From NCBI GenBank assembly GCA_030390025.1, contig CM059432.1, positions 53,570,001 to 53,634,000 on the forward strand: a stretch of 64,000 nucleotides of DNA. The letters are read 5' to 3'. Both the position numbers and the translations under genes were made by a program. This DNA comes from Squalus acanthias (taxonomy: Eukaryota). The notes under the pieces were generated by a model. It did no database searches. It saw nothing but the letters and a program-made list of their open reading frames with translations, and was not told the DNA's origin. The stretch's first letter is position 1. Each line of letters starts with the position of its first letter. Below, piece by piece: positions 12,129-24,800 of the stretch.

Positions 12129-13947
12129 ATGGAGAGGGTGAGAGAACGAGCTCATCGCTTCACTGAGCGGGCCTTGGATGCTCTGGTTGGCGCGGTGGAG
12201 CGCAGAAGATGTATACTCTTCCCTGAGAGTGGCAGGAGGCCTTTGCCACGCGAGTACAGAAGAGTGTGGAGGGAGGTGGCTCAGAGCGTCTCCTCCAGGA
12301 GCATGGTGCCCAGGACCCATGTTCAATGCCGCAAAAAGTTCAACGACCTCACTCGGGTCGTCAGGGTGAGTGGCTTTTTTTCAATACCTCTCCATCCCTC
12401 CATCTCAACCTCACTCTATGGCCAGAGGGTCTTAAAACCCCAATTAACAACACTCATCCAACACCTATGGCCCTTTCATGAAACACACACACGCATTCCA
12501 CACTTTGCATACAGTAAGGGCTATTCACCTATGGGAGGCACATCAGGCAAGACCATGGCTGCATACAGTAAGGGCTATTCACCTATGGGAGGCACATCAG
12601 GCAAGACCATGGCTGTATATTTACTCAGACGCCATCCTTTTTCTTGCAGGCCAAGCTGTCTCATAATAGGAGACAGCAGCAACGGACGGGTGGAGGGCGG
12701 CCTCAGCTGCAACCCCTCAGCGATCTTGAGGAGCGCGTCCACAGGATTGTGGCAAGCCGGGTGATCGGTCCCGTCGCCACTGGAGACGCCGACCCCGTTC
12801 TGGACAGCAATGGTAAGGTCATCACCTTTTTGTCCTCTGTCCTTCCACTTGTCCCTCACAACACCAGCCTTTGACACTTTCAATCCAACTTGCTAACTCG
12901 CTGCACTTATTCCTCCCTTACTGCCACCCTGTCCTCACGCTAAAGCCACTCTTGTGCCTCCCTGCTTTCAGATGGTGATTCACCAGCTGAGGAGACGGGC
13001 CCTGAAGCTGCCACTGGGAGTGAAGCTGCAGCCGAGGAGGAAGAGGAAGCGGAGCATCAGTGCCACCCTCTCCCGAGGAAGCCCATGCCGACACTGGGAA
13101 CACGCCTTCCCTGGAGGGGAGCAGGGGGGAAGGGTCTGATGAGGGTGAAGCTCCAGGACCCAGCGGGCTGCAGCAACGCCATGGGGGTAGGGAAGAACGG
13201 GGGCCTTCTCCCCAGAGGGAGAGTATGCCAGAGACTCCTACTGCAATGGACGCAGAGGAGGAGCGGCTGATCGCAGAAATGAACACCCAGGCGGTGGACA
13301 TGCACACTGAGCTCATGGGTGCAGTGGGAAGGGTGCCCGAATGCATTGAGTCACTGGCAAGGAGTGTGGAGCACTTCGCTGTAGCACAGGCGGATGCCAC
13401 ACTAACGCTTAGTGCTGCAATTCAGTCACTGGCTGCCGTGATCCCATCTCTGACTGCTCTCATGCAGACTCAGATTGAGGCCACAAGAGCACAGACTGCT
13501 GCCAACCTCGATGGTTCCTTCACATGTCCCCGGGGCTCTCACCGCGCCGCAGCAGGCCAGCAATCTGTGCTCCAGTAGATTGCTCCGGATGCTGAAGTGC
13601 TGCCCCGTGGGAGTGCCAGTGTGTCGGTCGAGCAGGGAGTTGCTGTCCTCTCTCACGATGACAGCATTCCTGCTGCCAACACTGTCACTTCTCCACTGCA
13701 CTTGCCACCGCCTGTAGGACAGACTGCTGCCGCCCATGCAGAGTTGGTGCAGTCTGCAGCCGGGCCCTCCAGGCCCAGAACTGGTCGAGGCCGTCCTTCA
13801 GGGGCAGCTGCAGTGTCAGGGTCTGACGATCAGCAGCCTTCCACCAGCCTTGCTGGAGCCACTGAGGTCCCATTATGGAGGAGCAGTAGGGTTAGAAGGG
13901 GGGAAGTGCGCAAGGGAAGGAGATCACCCTCGAAGGGCAAAAAGTAG
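12129..13947 (+). pseudogene. Harbinger Myb/SANT-like DNA-binding protein, 3 exons (12129-12365, 12650-12812, 12972-13947)
   Basis: RFTERALDALV...WREVA...QCRKKFNDL, then RTGGG in exon 2. GT-AG introns are phase-compatible. Frameshift near 13050 and TAG at 13576-13578. Confidence 0.85.
12507..12614. repeat. 54-bp direct tandem duplication in Myb-gene intron 1
   Basis: 12507-12560 is identical to 12561-12614. Confidence 0.95.
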
Positions 13948-14259
13948 GAGGTGTGACAAAATGCTGGTCATTTTTTTATTAAAGGCCGAGGTTCGTGGTC
14001 CAACTTTTGTTTAGTGTTTTGGACATTATCTCCAGGTTGTGAGAACCAGTTATGTTATTGACTGTTTTTTTGTGTTTATTTCTATGAGTTTGTCATGAGG
14101 AAATGACACACACAGAGTTTGTAAAATAAATAAGTTTTTGTATTCAAAATATACATGTTTGGTGTTTGGAATTATTGGTGCCTTGGCCGGCTTAGGGGTT
14201 GCGTGCTGGGTTCATTGATGTTGTTAGCAATGGCAGAAGCCATTTCCACAGCAGGGGCC

Positions 14260-15419
14260 CTAGAAGCGGCTTGCTATTAGCCGTTGACGGACGGCCCTTG
14301 CAGTTTCACCATTGTGGGCCGCCCTCCCGCCTTGGTGCTGCTGATGATCATCCTCCTCGTCCTCTTCCTCCTCTTCCTCCTCCTCCTCTGGTGGTGCTCC
14401 AAGGCCTGGTGGCATTGGCTAGGTCCTGACGATTGCCATGTTATGCAGCATGCAGCACACAACTACGAAGTGGGAAACTCGCTCAGGCGAGTACTGCAGG
14501 GCTCCTCCAGAATGGTCCAGACAGCGGAACCGTTGCTTCAGCACGCCGATTGTGTGCTCAACGATGTTCCTGGTAGCTTGATGGCTCTCGTTGTACCGCA
14601 GCTCAGCAGGGGTGTTGGGCGTACGGAGCGGTGTCATCAGCCAGGTGCTCAGTGGATACCCCTTGTCCCGGAGAAGCCAACCAACTGGCTGATGCGGTGC
14701 CTCGAAAAGTTCTGCCACAGTAGTCTGGCGCAGGATGAAAGCATCGTGGCAGCTGCCAGGATAGTGGGCATTGACAGCGAGTATCAGCTGTCTGTGGTCA
14801 CAGACCAACTGAACATTCAAGGAATGGAACCCCTTTCTGTTCCGGAAATCCTCGGCATTCTCATGCGGAGCACGCAAAGCCACATGCGTGCATTCAATGG
14901 CGCCCTGCACCATGGGGAAGCCCGCTATCCTCGCAAAGCCCAGAGCGCGGTCATGCTGCTTGTATGGGGTCATGGGGAAAGAGATGTACTCTCGTCTCCT
15001 TTTAAAGAGGGCATTTGTGACGTGACGGATGCAGCAATGCACCGCGAACTGGGAGATATTGGCGAGGTCCCCAGCAGCAGATTGAAATGAGCCAGTAGCA
15101 TAAAGTTCAGAGCCACTGTGATCTTCACTGCCACCGACAGAGACGTCCTGGACCTCAGTTGAGGCTACAGATCTGGCTGCAGCAGGTGGCAGAGCTCAGT
15201 GAGCACCTCCTTGCTGAAGCGCAGCCTTCGCAAACACTGCTCATCAGACATATGAATGTAGGAGAGCTGGTCACGATATACCCTGGGAGGGTAAGCTCTC
15301 CTGTACAGACGCCTGTTGGCCCTCCTCCGTCTGGCCATCATTGCCACTCTCTCTCTGCGTCTCTGTGTCCTCCGATTCAGCTGGCGCAGGACGACGCCCC
15401 CAATCAGTGCAGCCCCCAT
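14260..15419 (-). pseudogene. Harbinger (HARBI1-like) DDE transposase
   Basis: [61 protein letters not shown] and an acidic tail. Stops at 15165 and 14419, 1-bp deletion near 15101. Confidence 0.92.
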
Positions 15420-15978
15420 AGTCTCTTTGCAAGCAAAGTTATTAAGGACAGCAACTAAAGTACCAGCGAAGTTATGATCAGTAGGCAAAACTACCTCACA
15501 AAGCGTTGACTCAATGCAGAAGTCTCTCTTTCTCTCTCTCCGAATCTCTCTCTCTCTCTCAGAACGAGTGGTGCAAAAATGTCAACCACAGAGAAAGACA
15601 GGAAGAGGCCCCCTTTAAATAGCGCCTCCCCCAGCCCCACAGCGATTGATAGCGTTCCAGTCTTCCGGTCGTTGGATGCGCCAGGCGGTAAGGCAGGGGG
15701 CGCCACTCAATTTCCGCTCCGGGGCGCCACAAGGGCGTTGCACCATGGAATGACGTCAGAATCTGCGTGCGCAGGAGGTCGCAGGCGTTAAGTTTAGCGC
15801 CGCCGCACAATGTCTAGTTAAGTTCGCGAGCGGCGCAAACATCGCTGCGCCCTGCGCGTTAGCGGCTTTGCGCCCCATTAGCGCCCTCTTAAGGCGCAAA
15901 CGGGAGGCGCAACCAACTGAATTTTTAACCCTATGACTCTATGACTCTATGAGCAAGCAGATTAAAAAAAGAATCAGT

Positions 15979-16699
15979 GGCCCAGAAATTTGACTTCCCG
16001 GAGTCTTGCCGCGGGGGTAAGGATCCCCCGCGATATCACACTCCGCGCCGGCCGTTGTGTTTCGGGCCCAAATGAACTTCTGGTCCTGGGCCTCTCCCTG
16101 GTGCTGGCGCGCAGTGTGTGCGTGTCCCAGAGGCGCAGTTAGTTCGATGCGACCTCTGGGATCACGTGGGGCATGGAGAGCCAATGGCAGCACACCATCT
16201 TTCATTCATAGCTTTGACAGGAGAACTGTCAAAACTATGAATACAAATTGCCCCCAAAAGAACAGCTAAACCTCAAATAAATTAAAAAAAACCATCACAT
16301 TAATAAAATAACTATAGTTAAATAAATTCTTTTTAAAAGTTATAAAAATAAACTTACCTTTCTTTAAAGTCTCTAAAAAAGATAAACCTGTTGAAAAAAA
16401 TTTAAAATAATACTTAATTAACTACTTACCTTGTTAAAAGGGGGTCTTACGCCTCCTTTCTTCATGTGTAAAATCTTCCATACTTACCTTTGCGTTGAAA
16501 CCTGAAAAAAAACCTAAGTGTGCTGCGTGCGCACAGCCTGTAGTGCGCACGCGGTTCACTTAGGAACCGCCCCCTTCGCCATACCCGAAGTGCCGGTTTC
16601 CCGCGCATGCGCAGTGCATGCAGGAAACCGGCACTTCGGGACTGAATACGCGAGAGTGCACAGTTCGTACTCTCCCGTATTCAGCCGAATTTTTGGGCC
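15979..16699. mobile_element. Non-autonomous Harbinger-like MITE
   Basis: TIRs GGCCCAGAAATT / rc GGCCCAAAAATT and TSD AGT (15976-15978, 16700-16702). GC-rich arms with an AT-rich centre. Confidence 0.8.
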
Positions 16700-18256
16700 A
16701 GTGGCTTCACTGTGGGACCAATTTACATGACACTGGATTAAATTAGGAAAATGTAATGAGGATCTCACATGCTCATTGAAAGTCCTCCAAAAAGTTGCAA
16801 ACATTTGCTACCTCATGAATCAGGCATTTGGATCTATTGTCTGGAATAAGAGACACATAACCCAGAATGCATTACCTCTGAATCGGCCCTGTGGCACAAG
16901 TAGTAGCCTGGCCACAGCATGATGCTCAGCACATTGGTCATAAAACATGCCTTAGGCATAATCATCCAGCTCTCTATTCTCCCCCACACCTAATTGGCAC
17001 CAGTGCTGCCAATGCAATGAGAGTATAATTGGCCTCAGAAAGCAAGCTATCTGAAGGGTGCAGATATAAAATGTTGAGATTCTGATCAAAGAAAAATAAG
17101 AGCTAATCTCAACCATTTAGTTATCTTGACACATTCAATTAAATGTAATTGAAACAGATTGAACAGTTCTAAATGGAATTAATGTTGGATGTAGATTAGT
17201 TATAGCATTGTCCTTTCATCTCTACAATGTGAGTGAATGTTGCTGCACTTAGGGATAACTATTTGAGACTGAAGTTAAGGCCCCATTGTTGATTAGAGGA
17301 ACTTTACTCTGCATCTGGCCTAACCTTTAACTGACCTGCGAGTTCTTCATGCTGACAATGGAAAAACATTCCATTTCTCAGCACTGACATTCTTTGCTTT
17401 GATGAGCACAAAATTCTCCAGGAAAAGGAAACATAGAATATTAATGTTGGCGTGTACCATAATAAGGGTGATAAAAATGCAGCCAAATTAAAAGAAACAC
17501 ATTCTGCTGTTGTATCAATTAAGCCTCCGTGTATAAAGCCTTAACAACTGTCACCTCTGTTTTTCCTTTTATTAATCCACTTCAGTAACTTAATTTTCTG
17601 CCAACTTTGGTTGTGTTACTTCTGTCAAAAACAATAACTCTGCTGTAATTTGTTTTTTGCACCATTATACAGTTCCACCCCAAGTCTGTTCTCTTCATTT
17701 CAATCTGGATTTAAATGAAAATGTTTTGTTTGATGTTCTTGCATAACATTTTGGTTTGACCTCAAATGTATTTCCCCATCAAGGATATGGGAGCCACTAT
17801 AAATAAAAATTGATAGATACTGGTTGTCATTACAAGTGGAAGTGACTATGTTTGTACTGGAGTAGTTAATAACATGATGTTCTGTACAGACGTCACTCGG
17901 GATTAGTAGGTTTGCTGCAGGTAGCAAGTTAGGCACAGGTTAACAAAAATAAATAATTTTAACCCGTGAGAAAGCTCATTTTGTTTTCATTAAACAATGT
18001 TTGCTTCAAGCTGCGGACAGCTCTTCAGCAAATCACCATGTAATTTGGAGAGTAGTCAGGAGCACAGCAAGGTCATCCTCAACATGTGCCGAGTGGGTGG
18101 CCTTGAAGATAGTATCAAGACAGATAATAGCAAGCAGACAGAGTGAATGCACAGGAAAAAATGCTTAGCTGCATGAAAGGTCCTTGTTTGTATTTTCACA
18201 CTTAAGACCAACGTGCTGTGGAGTGTGTATTTTTATAATTATATATAGTGCACGGT

Positions 18257-18620
18257 GGGGGTGAAATTGGTCTTTGGTGGTAGCGCAAAACGGGTGATAG
18301 CGAATCAGCAGCCCGTTTTACACCCTGCTTGACAATGGAAAAGAAAATTGGGCGAGGCATAAAAGCTCCGTGTTTCCTTGTCCCCCTCCGATCCTCCGAT
18401 TGGAGAAGAGCTGAGCACAGGGACTTAGGCCCACTTCTTCTGGGCACCCCTCAAAATAGACACCCTTCTGTGGGGGCAAATGAGACCAGGTGGCCTGCTA
18501 CAACCCTCCCCATCTCATTAGTGTGTCACGCCTTTGCTTGCACTTGGTGCTGGTGTAAATACCCTGACCACCCTCAGCCCTCCAGGAAACTCAATAAATC
18601 CCCAATGACAAAGGGGACTG
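18257..18620. mobile_element. Harbinger-type terminal fragment
   Basis: Starts GGGGGTGAAATTGG followed by TAGCGC, like the other element ends. No partner TIR found. Confidence 0.45.
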
Positions 18621-19351
18621 AGACCTGGGGGTCAATATTAACGTGGAGCCAGGATCTGAGTAAGGGGCGGGGCGGGGGGGGGGGGTGCGATCGCAGGAAC
18701 GGAACACGGAAATTCGTGGGACATGTGGAAATGTCTGATTTCAACATTGATGTCTCATAATAATTTTACTTCCGGGTTTTGCATCTCCAATGTGCATGAG
18801 TGGGCGTGATGCCCACATGGATGGGACTATTTAAAGGACCAAAGCACAGATGGAACTTGAAGGAGTTGGGTGTGTTTCGTGTTAGAATTTGAATTGTAAA
18901 TGGAGTCAGGACGAGCAAATGCTGCGCCCGGCCTAATGAGGTGTTCCACGATGTACTGCTGGGCGTAGTGAGGGCCAAGAAGAAGGTTCTATTCTCCACC
19001 AATGGCAAGAAAAAACCTGCTGCTGTGATGAAGGCATGACTAGAGGGGGCTGAAGAGGTGCGCAGCAGGGGTGCAGTGCTCCATACCTGGATTCAGTGCA
19101 GGAAGCGGTTTAATGACCTAACCAGGTCAGGAAAGGGAGCAGAGTTCCAGATTCACCTACATCCCCCTCTCACTCTGTCTTGTCAAGTGCCCTCCAACAC
19201 ATCACTTCTCACACACACTTATGTTTCAGCAGCACCCGTCGTTCTGTTTCAATGCACTTCCTCACCTCCCCATTTATCCATCCACCACTGTCACTCACCC
19301 CAATTCATATGTAATGTGATACCACCTCAATCAGCTCACCCAATTCACAGC

Positions 19352-19438
19352 ACATGTCCTCAAATGGCACTGTGAACATGTCCTCAAATGGCACTGTGAA
19401 CATGTCCTCAAATGGCACTGTGAACATGTCCTCAAATG
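19352..19438. repeat. 24-bp tandem repeat (about 3.6 copies) in Myb-gene intron 1
   Basis: (ACATGTCCTCAAATGGCACTGTGA)n. Confidence 0.95.
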
Positions 19439-19677
19439 CATGCCAGTGCCACTTCTGATGTATGTGCCTGATAGTCACCCTCACCGAATGCGCTGCATCC
19501 AGCGGAGGCATAAATGCCTTACAGACACTCATAAGTCTGTCATGCCCCCTTTCAGGAGAAAACAGCACCAGAATACAAGGCAGTGGGAAAGGACCAGTGG
19601 TGGTCCACCACAGATCGTCCAGTTGACAACTGCAGAGCAGGAGGCCATGGAGATAAGCGTCCCTCAGCATCGGAGGT

Positions 19678-20682
19678 AGAATCATAGAAATTTATGGCAC
19701 AGAAGGAGGCCATTCGGCCCATCATGTCTATGCCGGCTAAAAAAGAACTATCCAGCCTAATCCCACTTTCCAGCTTTTGGTCCGTAGCCTTGTAGGTTAC
19801 AGCACTTCAAGTGCATATCCAAGTACTTTTTAAATGTGACGAGGGTTTCTGCCTCTACCACCCTTTCAGGCAGTGAGTTCCAAATCCCCACCACCCTCTG
19901 GGTGAAGAAAGTTCTCCTCAACTCCCCTGTAATCCTTCTACCAATTATTTTAAATCTATGCCCCCTGGTTATTGACCTCTCTGCTAAGGGAAATAGGTCC
20001 TTTCTATCCACTCTATCTAAGCCCCTCATAATTTTATAAACCTCAATTAAGTCTCCCCTCAGCCTCCTCTGCCCCAAATAAAACAACCCCAGCCTATCCA
20101 ATCTTTCCTCATAGCTAAAATTCTCCAGTCCTGGCAACATCCTCGTAAATCTCCTCTGTACCCTGTCTAGTGTAATCACATCTTTCCTGTAATGTGGTGA
20201 CCGGAACTGCACGCAGTACTCTAGCTGTGGCATAACTAGTGTTTTATACAGATCAAGCATAACCTCCCTGCTCTTATATTCTATGCCTCGGCTAATAAAG
20301 GAAAGTATCCCGTATGCATTCTTAAACACCTTATCTACCTGTCCTGTTACCTTCAGGGATCTGTCGACATGCACTCCAAGGTCCCTCTGTTCCTCTACAC
20401 TTCTCAGTATCCTACCATTTATTGTGTATTCCCTTGCCTTGTTAGCCCTCTCCAAATGCATTACCTCACACTTCTCCAGATTCCATTTGCCACTTTTCTG
20501 CCCACCTGACCAGCCCATTGATATCTTCCTGTCGTCTACAGCTTTCTTCCTCACTATCAACCACACAGCCAATTTTTGTATCATCTGCAAACTTCTTAAT
20601 CATGCCTCCTACATTGAAGTATAAATCATTGATATATACTACAAAAACCAAGGGACCTAGTACTGAGCCCTGCGGAACCCCA
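19678..20682 (-). mobile_element. 5'-truncated CR1 LINE in Myb exon 2
   Basis: YINDL...FADDTKIG and the 277-aa RT C-terminal ORF. Its 3' UTR matches 56515-56716. Confidence 0.92.
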
Positions 20683-22284
20683 GGAGATGGTAAGACTCAG
20701 ACTTCACTGCTGCATGGTGACAGCAATAAATATCTCCGATCCATATCTCATACAAGAGTAAGTCATTTTGACTTGATTTCAGCACCAAGTGAAATACAAT
20801 CACCGTAATCATATGAATTTCAACATTCTCACATTCCCATGACTAAATCATATACGTCTCTTCTCTCCTCCAGGGGCATCACGTGAAGAACAGGAGCCCG
20901 TGTCCTTTGCAGACAATGTTTCCTTGTTTCCTCAGAGAAGCTCATTCTCTCTGAGGATGCCCTGTCACAGGACACATGCTTACAAGGCACCAGTGCAGAT
21001 TCGAGCACTTTGGTGGGTCCTGTTAGAGAGTAAGGTGGGATCTCACCTGGTGAATCACAGTTCACAAGTGAGCACGGGCAGAGGGTGGTGGTAGGGACAG
21101 CTGTGGAGATTCCGCATCGGAGGGCGCAGTCCTATCCAAGCTCTACTCAGGTGGACACAGATGCTGAACCCTGGGGGCCATAAATGCAAAGGATAATGAT
21201 ACAGGATTAGCAGCAAATGTAAGAGGTACTGACAGTCCTGCCAGGTATACTTTCCACAATATCAAAGAGGATGGAGGAGTCCAGCTCAAGCATTTGTGGA
21301 TTGATGTCGCAGGGCATTGCGAGGATGTCTTCCATGGATAGAGTGGCCTCCTCTGTGGTACTTGAATCGTGACACACTAATCAGTCCCTGCACGCCCTGA
21401 CAATGGAGGTGCAAACTATGGATGCCAACATTTCTGCTGGCTTAAACACGATGATAGATATATTAGACATGGCCTTACAAGGCAACACTGATCAACTCCA
21501 AGCTGCTCTCCCGCAGAGAGGTAGGAGTGATGTGCCGCTGGCCCATGTGTGGGATGATGGCAAAAGGGGACATGGAAGTGGGTACTCTACTCAAAGAGTT
21601 TCCACGTCTCACCCATTGCCCCCACTCAACAAGCACCCGACATGCTGCCTCCTCTCCTGATAGCCCAGTCTGCTCCTGCACAGGTGCAGGTGGAGCAATC
21701 TTTTGTGGAGCCCTCACGAGCTCCAACACCCAGAGGTTGTCGGCCATGAGCATCTCAGAAGTCAATGCAGGGATCAGAGAAACCTGCCTCTACCTCTGCT
21801 GAAGCCACACCAGTTGCAACATGTAGGAGCGGTAGGGAAAGAAAAAGTAAAGCTTTGTAGTTCTCTAAGGGTATGCGTTTGTGTGTTTGTGAAAATGTTG
21901 TGTTAGTAAATTTGATTTAATTATTCACATAGAATTTATTAATTTGCACTACTTGCCTGTGCTCACCATTCTTGTATGGTGAGTGCCAATTAGGATTTTA
22001 GTTGCTTGGTGATGAATGTGAGGACATGAATTGACTGAGACCAATTGGTGCATGGGCAATGGTTGGATGGTTGGTTACAGGACTGCTTTGTGTGAGAGGG
22101 GGTGGAGAATGTGATAGAAGAAGTGTGAGTGACTAACTGATCCTTCAAGCTTTTAGGGCATCCCTGGAATCCCGAACACCCATGTGATTGGCTGGTCTGG
22201 CATTGCCGTACCCATCTTCACCTTCCTCCTCCTTCTCCTATCCATTGGAATCCTCATCAGACGAAGATTACTGAGTGGCTTAAT

Positions 22285-23902
22285 ATTTTTTAATTTGTTC
22301 ATGGGATGTGGGCATCATTGGCAAGGCCAGCATTTATTGCCCATCCCTAGTTGCCCTTGAGAAGGTAGTGGTGAGCTGTCTTCTTGAACCACTGCAGTCC
22401 GTGTGGTGAAGGTACTCCCACAGTGCTGTTAGGGAGGGAGTTCCAGGATTGTGACCCAGCGACGATGAAGGAACGGCAATATACTTCCAAGTCAGGATGG
22501 TGTGTGACTTGGAAGGGAACTTGGAGGTGGTGGTGTTCCCATGCGCCTGCTGTCCTTGTCCTTCTAGGTGGTAGAGGTTGCGGGGTTGGGAGGTGCTGCC
22601 GAAGAAGCCTTGGCAAGTTGCTGCAGTGCATCTTGTAGATGGTACACACTGCAGCCACGGTACGCCCGTGGTGGAGGGAGTGAATGTTTAAGGTGATGGA
22701 TGGGGTGCCAATCAAGCAGGCTGCTTTGTCTTGGATGGTGTCGAGCTTCTTGAGTGTTGTAGGAGCTGCACTCATCCACGCAAGTGGAGAGTATTCCATC
22801 ACATTCCTGACTTGTGCCTTGTAGATGGTTGAAAGGCTTTGGGGAGTCAAGAGGTGAGACACTCACCGCAGAATAGCCAGCCTCTGACCTGCTGTTGTTG
22901 CCACAGTATTTATGTGGTTGGTCCAGTTACGTTTCTGGTCAATGGTGACCTCCAGGATATTGAAGGTGGGGGATTCGGCGATGGTAATGTGGTTGAAGGT
23001 CAAGGGGCAGTGGTTAGATGCTCACTTTTTGGAGATAGTCATTGCCTGACACTTGTGTGGCGTGAATGTTACCTGCCACTGCCAAGCCTGGATGTCGTCC
23101 AGGTCTTGCTGCATGTGGGCATGGACTGCTTCATTATCTGAGGAGTTGTGAATGGCACTGAACACTGTGCAGTCAACAGCAAACATCCCCACTTCTGACC
23201 TTATGTTGGAGGGAAGGTCATTGATGAAGCGCTGAAGATGGTTGGGCCTAGGACACTGCCCTGAGGAACTCCTGCAGCGATGTTCTGGGGCTGTGATGAT
23301 TGACTTCCAACCACCACAACCATCTTCCTTTGTGCTAGGTATGACTCCAGCCAGTGGAGAGTTTTCCTCCCGATTTCCATTGACTTTAGTTTTACTAGGG
23401 CTCCTTGATGCCACACTCGGTCAAATGCTGCCTTGATATCAAGAGCATTCAATCTCACCTCACCTCTGGAATTCAGCTCTTTTGTCCATGTTTGGACCAA
23501 GGCTGTAATGAGGTCTGGAGCCGAGTGGTCCTGGCGGAACCCAAATTGGGCATCAGTGAGCTGGTTATTGGTGAGTAAGTGCTGCTTGATAGCACTGTCG
23601 ATGACACTTTCCATCACTTTGCTGATGATTGAGAATAGACTGATGGGGCAGTAATTGGCTGGATTGGATTTGTCCTGCTTTTTGTGGACAGGACATACCT
23701 GGGCAGTTTTCCACATTGTCGGATAGATGCCAGTGTTATAGTTATACTGGAACAGCTTGGCTAGAGGTGCGGCTTGTTCTGGAGCACAAGTCTTCAGCAT
23801 GACAGCTGGGATGTTGTTAGGGCCCACAGCCTTTGCTGTATCCAATGCGCTCAGCCGTTTCTTGATATCATGTGGAGTGAATCGAATTGGCTGAAGACTG
23901 GA
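22285..23902 (-). mobile_element. 5'-truncated APE-RT LINE (family of 42558-45802)
   Basis: KAVGPNNIP...ALDIKAAFDRVWH...GVPQGSVLGP, with the same 3' end as the other copies. Confidence 0.92.
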
Positions 23903-24161
23903 TTCTCCTGCACATCTTGTCCTCGCTGCTGCGCTATGTTGTGCAGAACGCAGCACACCACGATTATCGTGGTGACTCTCGCCGACGAGTAGTGAAGGTT
24001 GTCTCCAGACCTAGCTAGGCACCTGAAGCAAATCTTGAACATGCCGATGGCTTGTTCAATGACACTTCTGATTGTCATAAGGCTCACTTACCATGTGAAA
24101 TACATATTTTGGAATTTTGTGCTCATGACTAGAACTAAAAGCATTGGGAATGAAACACTTT

Positions 24162-24800
24162 CAACAACAATAACAACTTGCATTTCTATAGTGCTTTTAA
24201 TATAGTGTAACGTCCCAAGGTGCTTCACAGGAGCATTATTAAACAAAATTTGACACCGAGCTACATAAGGAGATATTAGGACAGATGACCAAAAGCTTAA
24301 AGGAGGAGAAAAATGTGGAGAGGTTTAGGGAGTCAATTACAAAGCTTAGGGCCTAGGCAGTTGAATGCATGGCCGCCAATGGTGGAGTGATTAAAATCAG
24401 GGATGCGCAAGAGGCCAGAATTGGAGGAGCGCAGAGATCTCAGAGGGTTGTATGGCTGGAGGAGGTTACAGAGATAAGGAGGGGTGAGGCCATCGGAGGG
24501 ATTTGAAAAGGATGAGAATTTTAAAATTGAGGCCTTGCCAGGCCGAGAGTCAGAGGTGATGGGTGAACGGAACTTGGTGCAAGTTGGGATACAGGCGACA
24601 GAGCTATGGATGAGCTCAAGTTTATGGAGGGTGTAAGATGGGAGGCCATCCAGGAGAGCATTGGAATAGTCAAGTCTAGAGGTAACAAAGGCATGGATGG
24701 GGGTTTCAGCAGCAGATGAGCTGAGGCAGGGTTAGAGTTAGGTGATGTTACTGAGGTGGAAATAGGCGATCTTGGTGATGGAGTGAAAACGTGGTCAGAA
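24162..24800 (-). mobile_element. L2-type LINE 3' fragment
   Basis: L2-like RT C-terminus (reverse complement of gcattggaatagtcaagtctagaggtaacaaaggcatgg gives HAFVTSRLDYSNA) and a tail ending aaatgcaagttgttattgttgtt. Confidence 0.8.

Larger units (their letters stand above)
11770..15931. mobile_element. Full-length two-gene PIF/Harbinger DNA transposon (4162 bp), element A
   Basis: TIRs GGGGGAAAAATTCAGT (11770-11785) / rc GGGTTAAAAATTCAGT (15916-15931), 14/16 match. TSD TAT (11767-11769, 15932-15934). Contains convergent Myb-like and DDE transposase genes. Confidence 0.95.
18627..24090. mobile_element. Decayed two-gene Harbinger, element E (Myb gene + from 18900; transposase remnants - at ~22140-22280 and ~23900-24090)
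   Basis: TWIQCRKRFNDLTRSGK, RTSGGPPQ and [16 protein letters not shown]...CCVLHN. Interrupted by two LINEs. Confidence 0.8.

Noticed and set aside
14284..15090. 268-aa plus-strand ORF with a poly-Leu, membrane-like segment
   Set aside because: Antisense shadow of the transposase. The hydrophobic run is the reverse complement of its (GAG)n acidic tail.
12129..15419. Domesticated host genes HARBI1/NAIF1
   Set aside because: Flanked by TIRs and a TSD, multi-copy and disrupted, so these are transposon copies and no gene symbols were assigned.
19352..19438. Regular 24-bp repeats as a CRISPR-like array
   Set aside because: Head-to-tail identical units with no spacers, in a eukaryotic transposon intron.
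23201..23956. Apparent transposase-RT fusion ORF
   Set aside because: Junction of a truncated LINE inserted in a dead transposase. The N-terminal part is out of the transposase frame.
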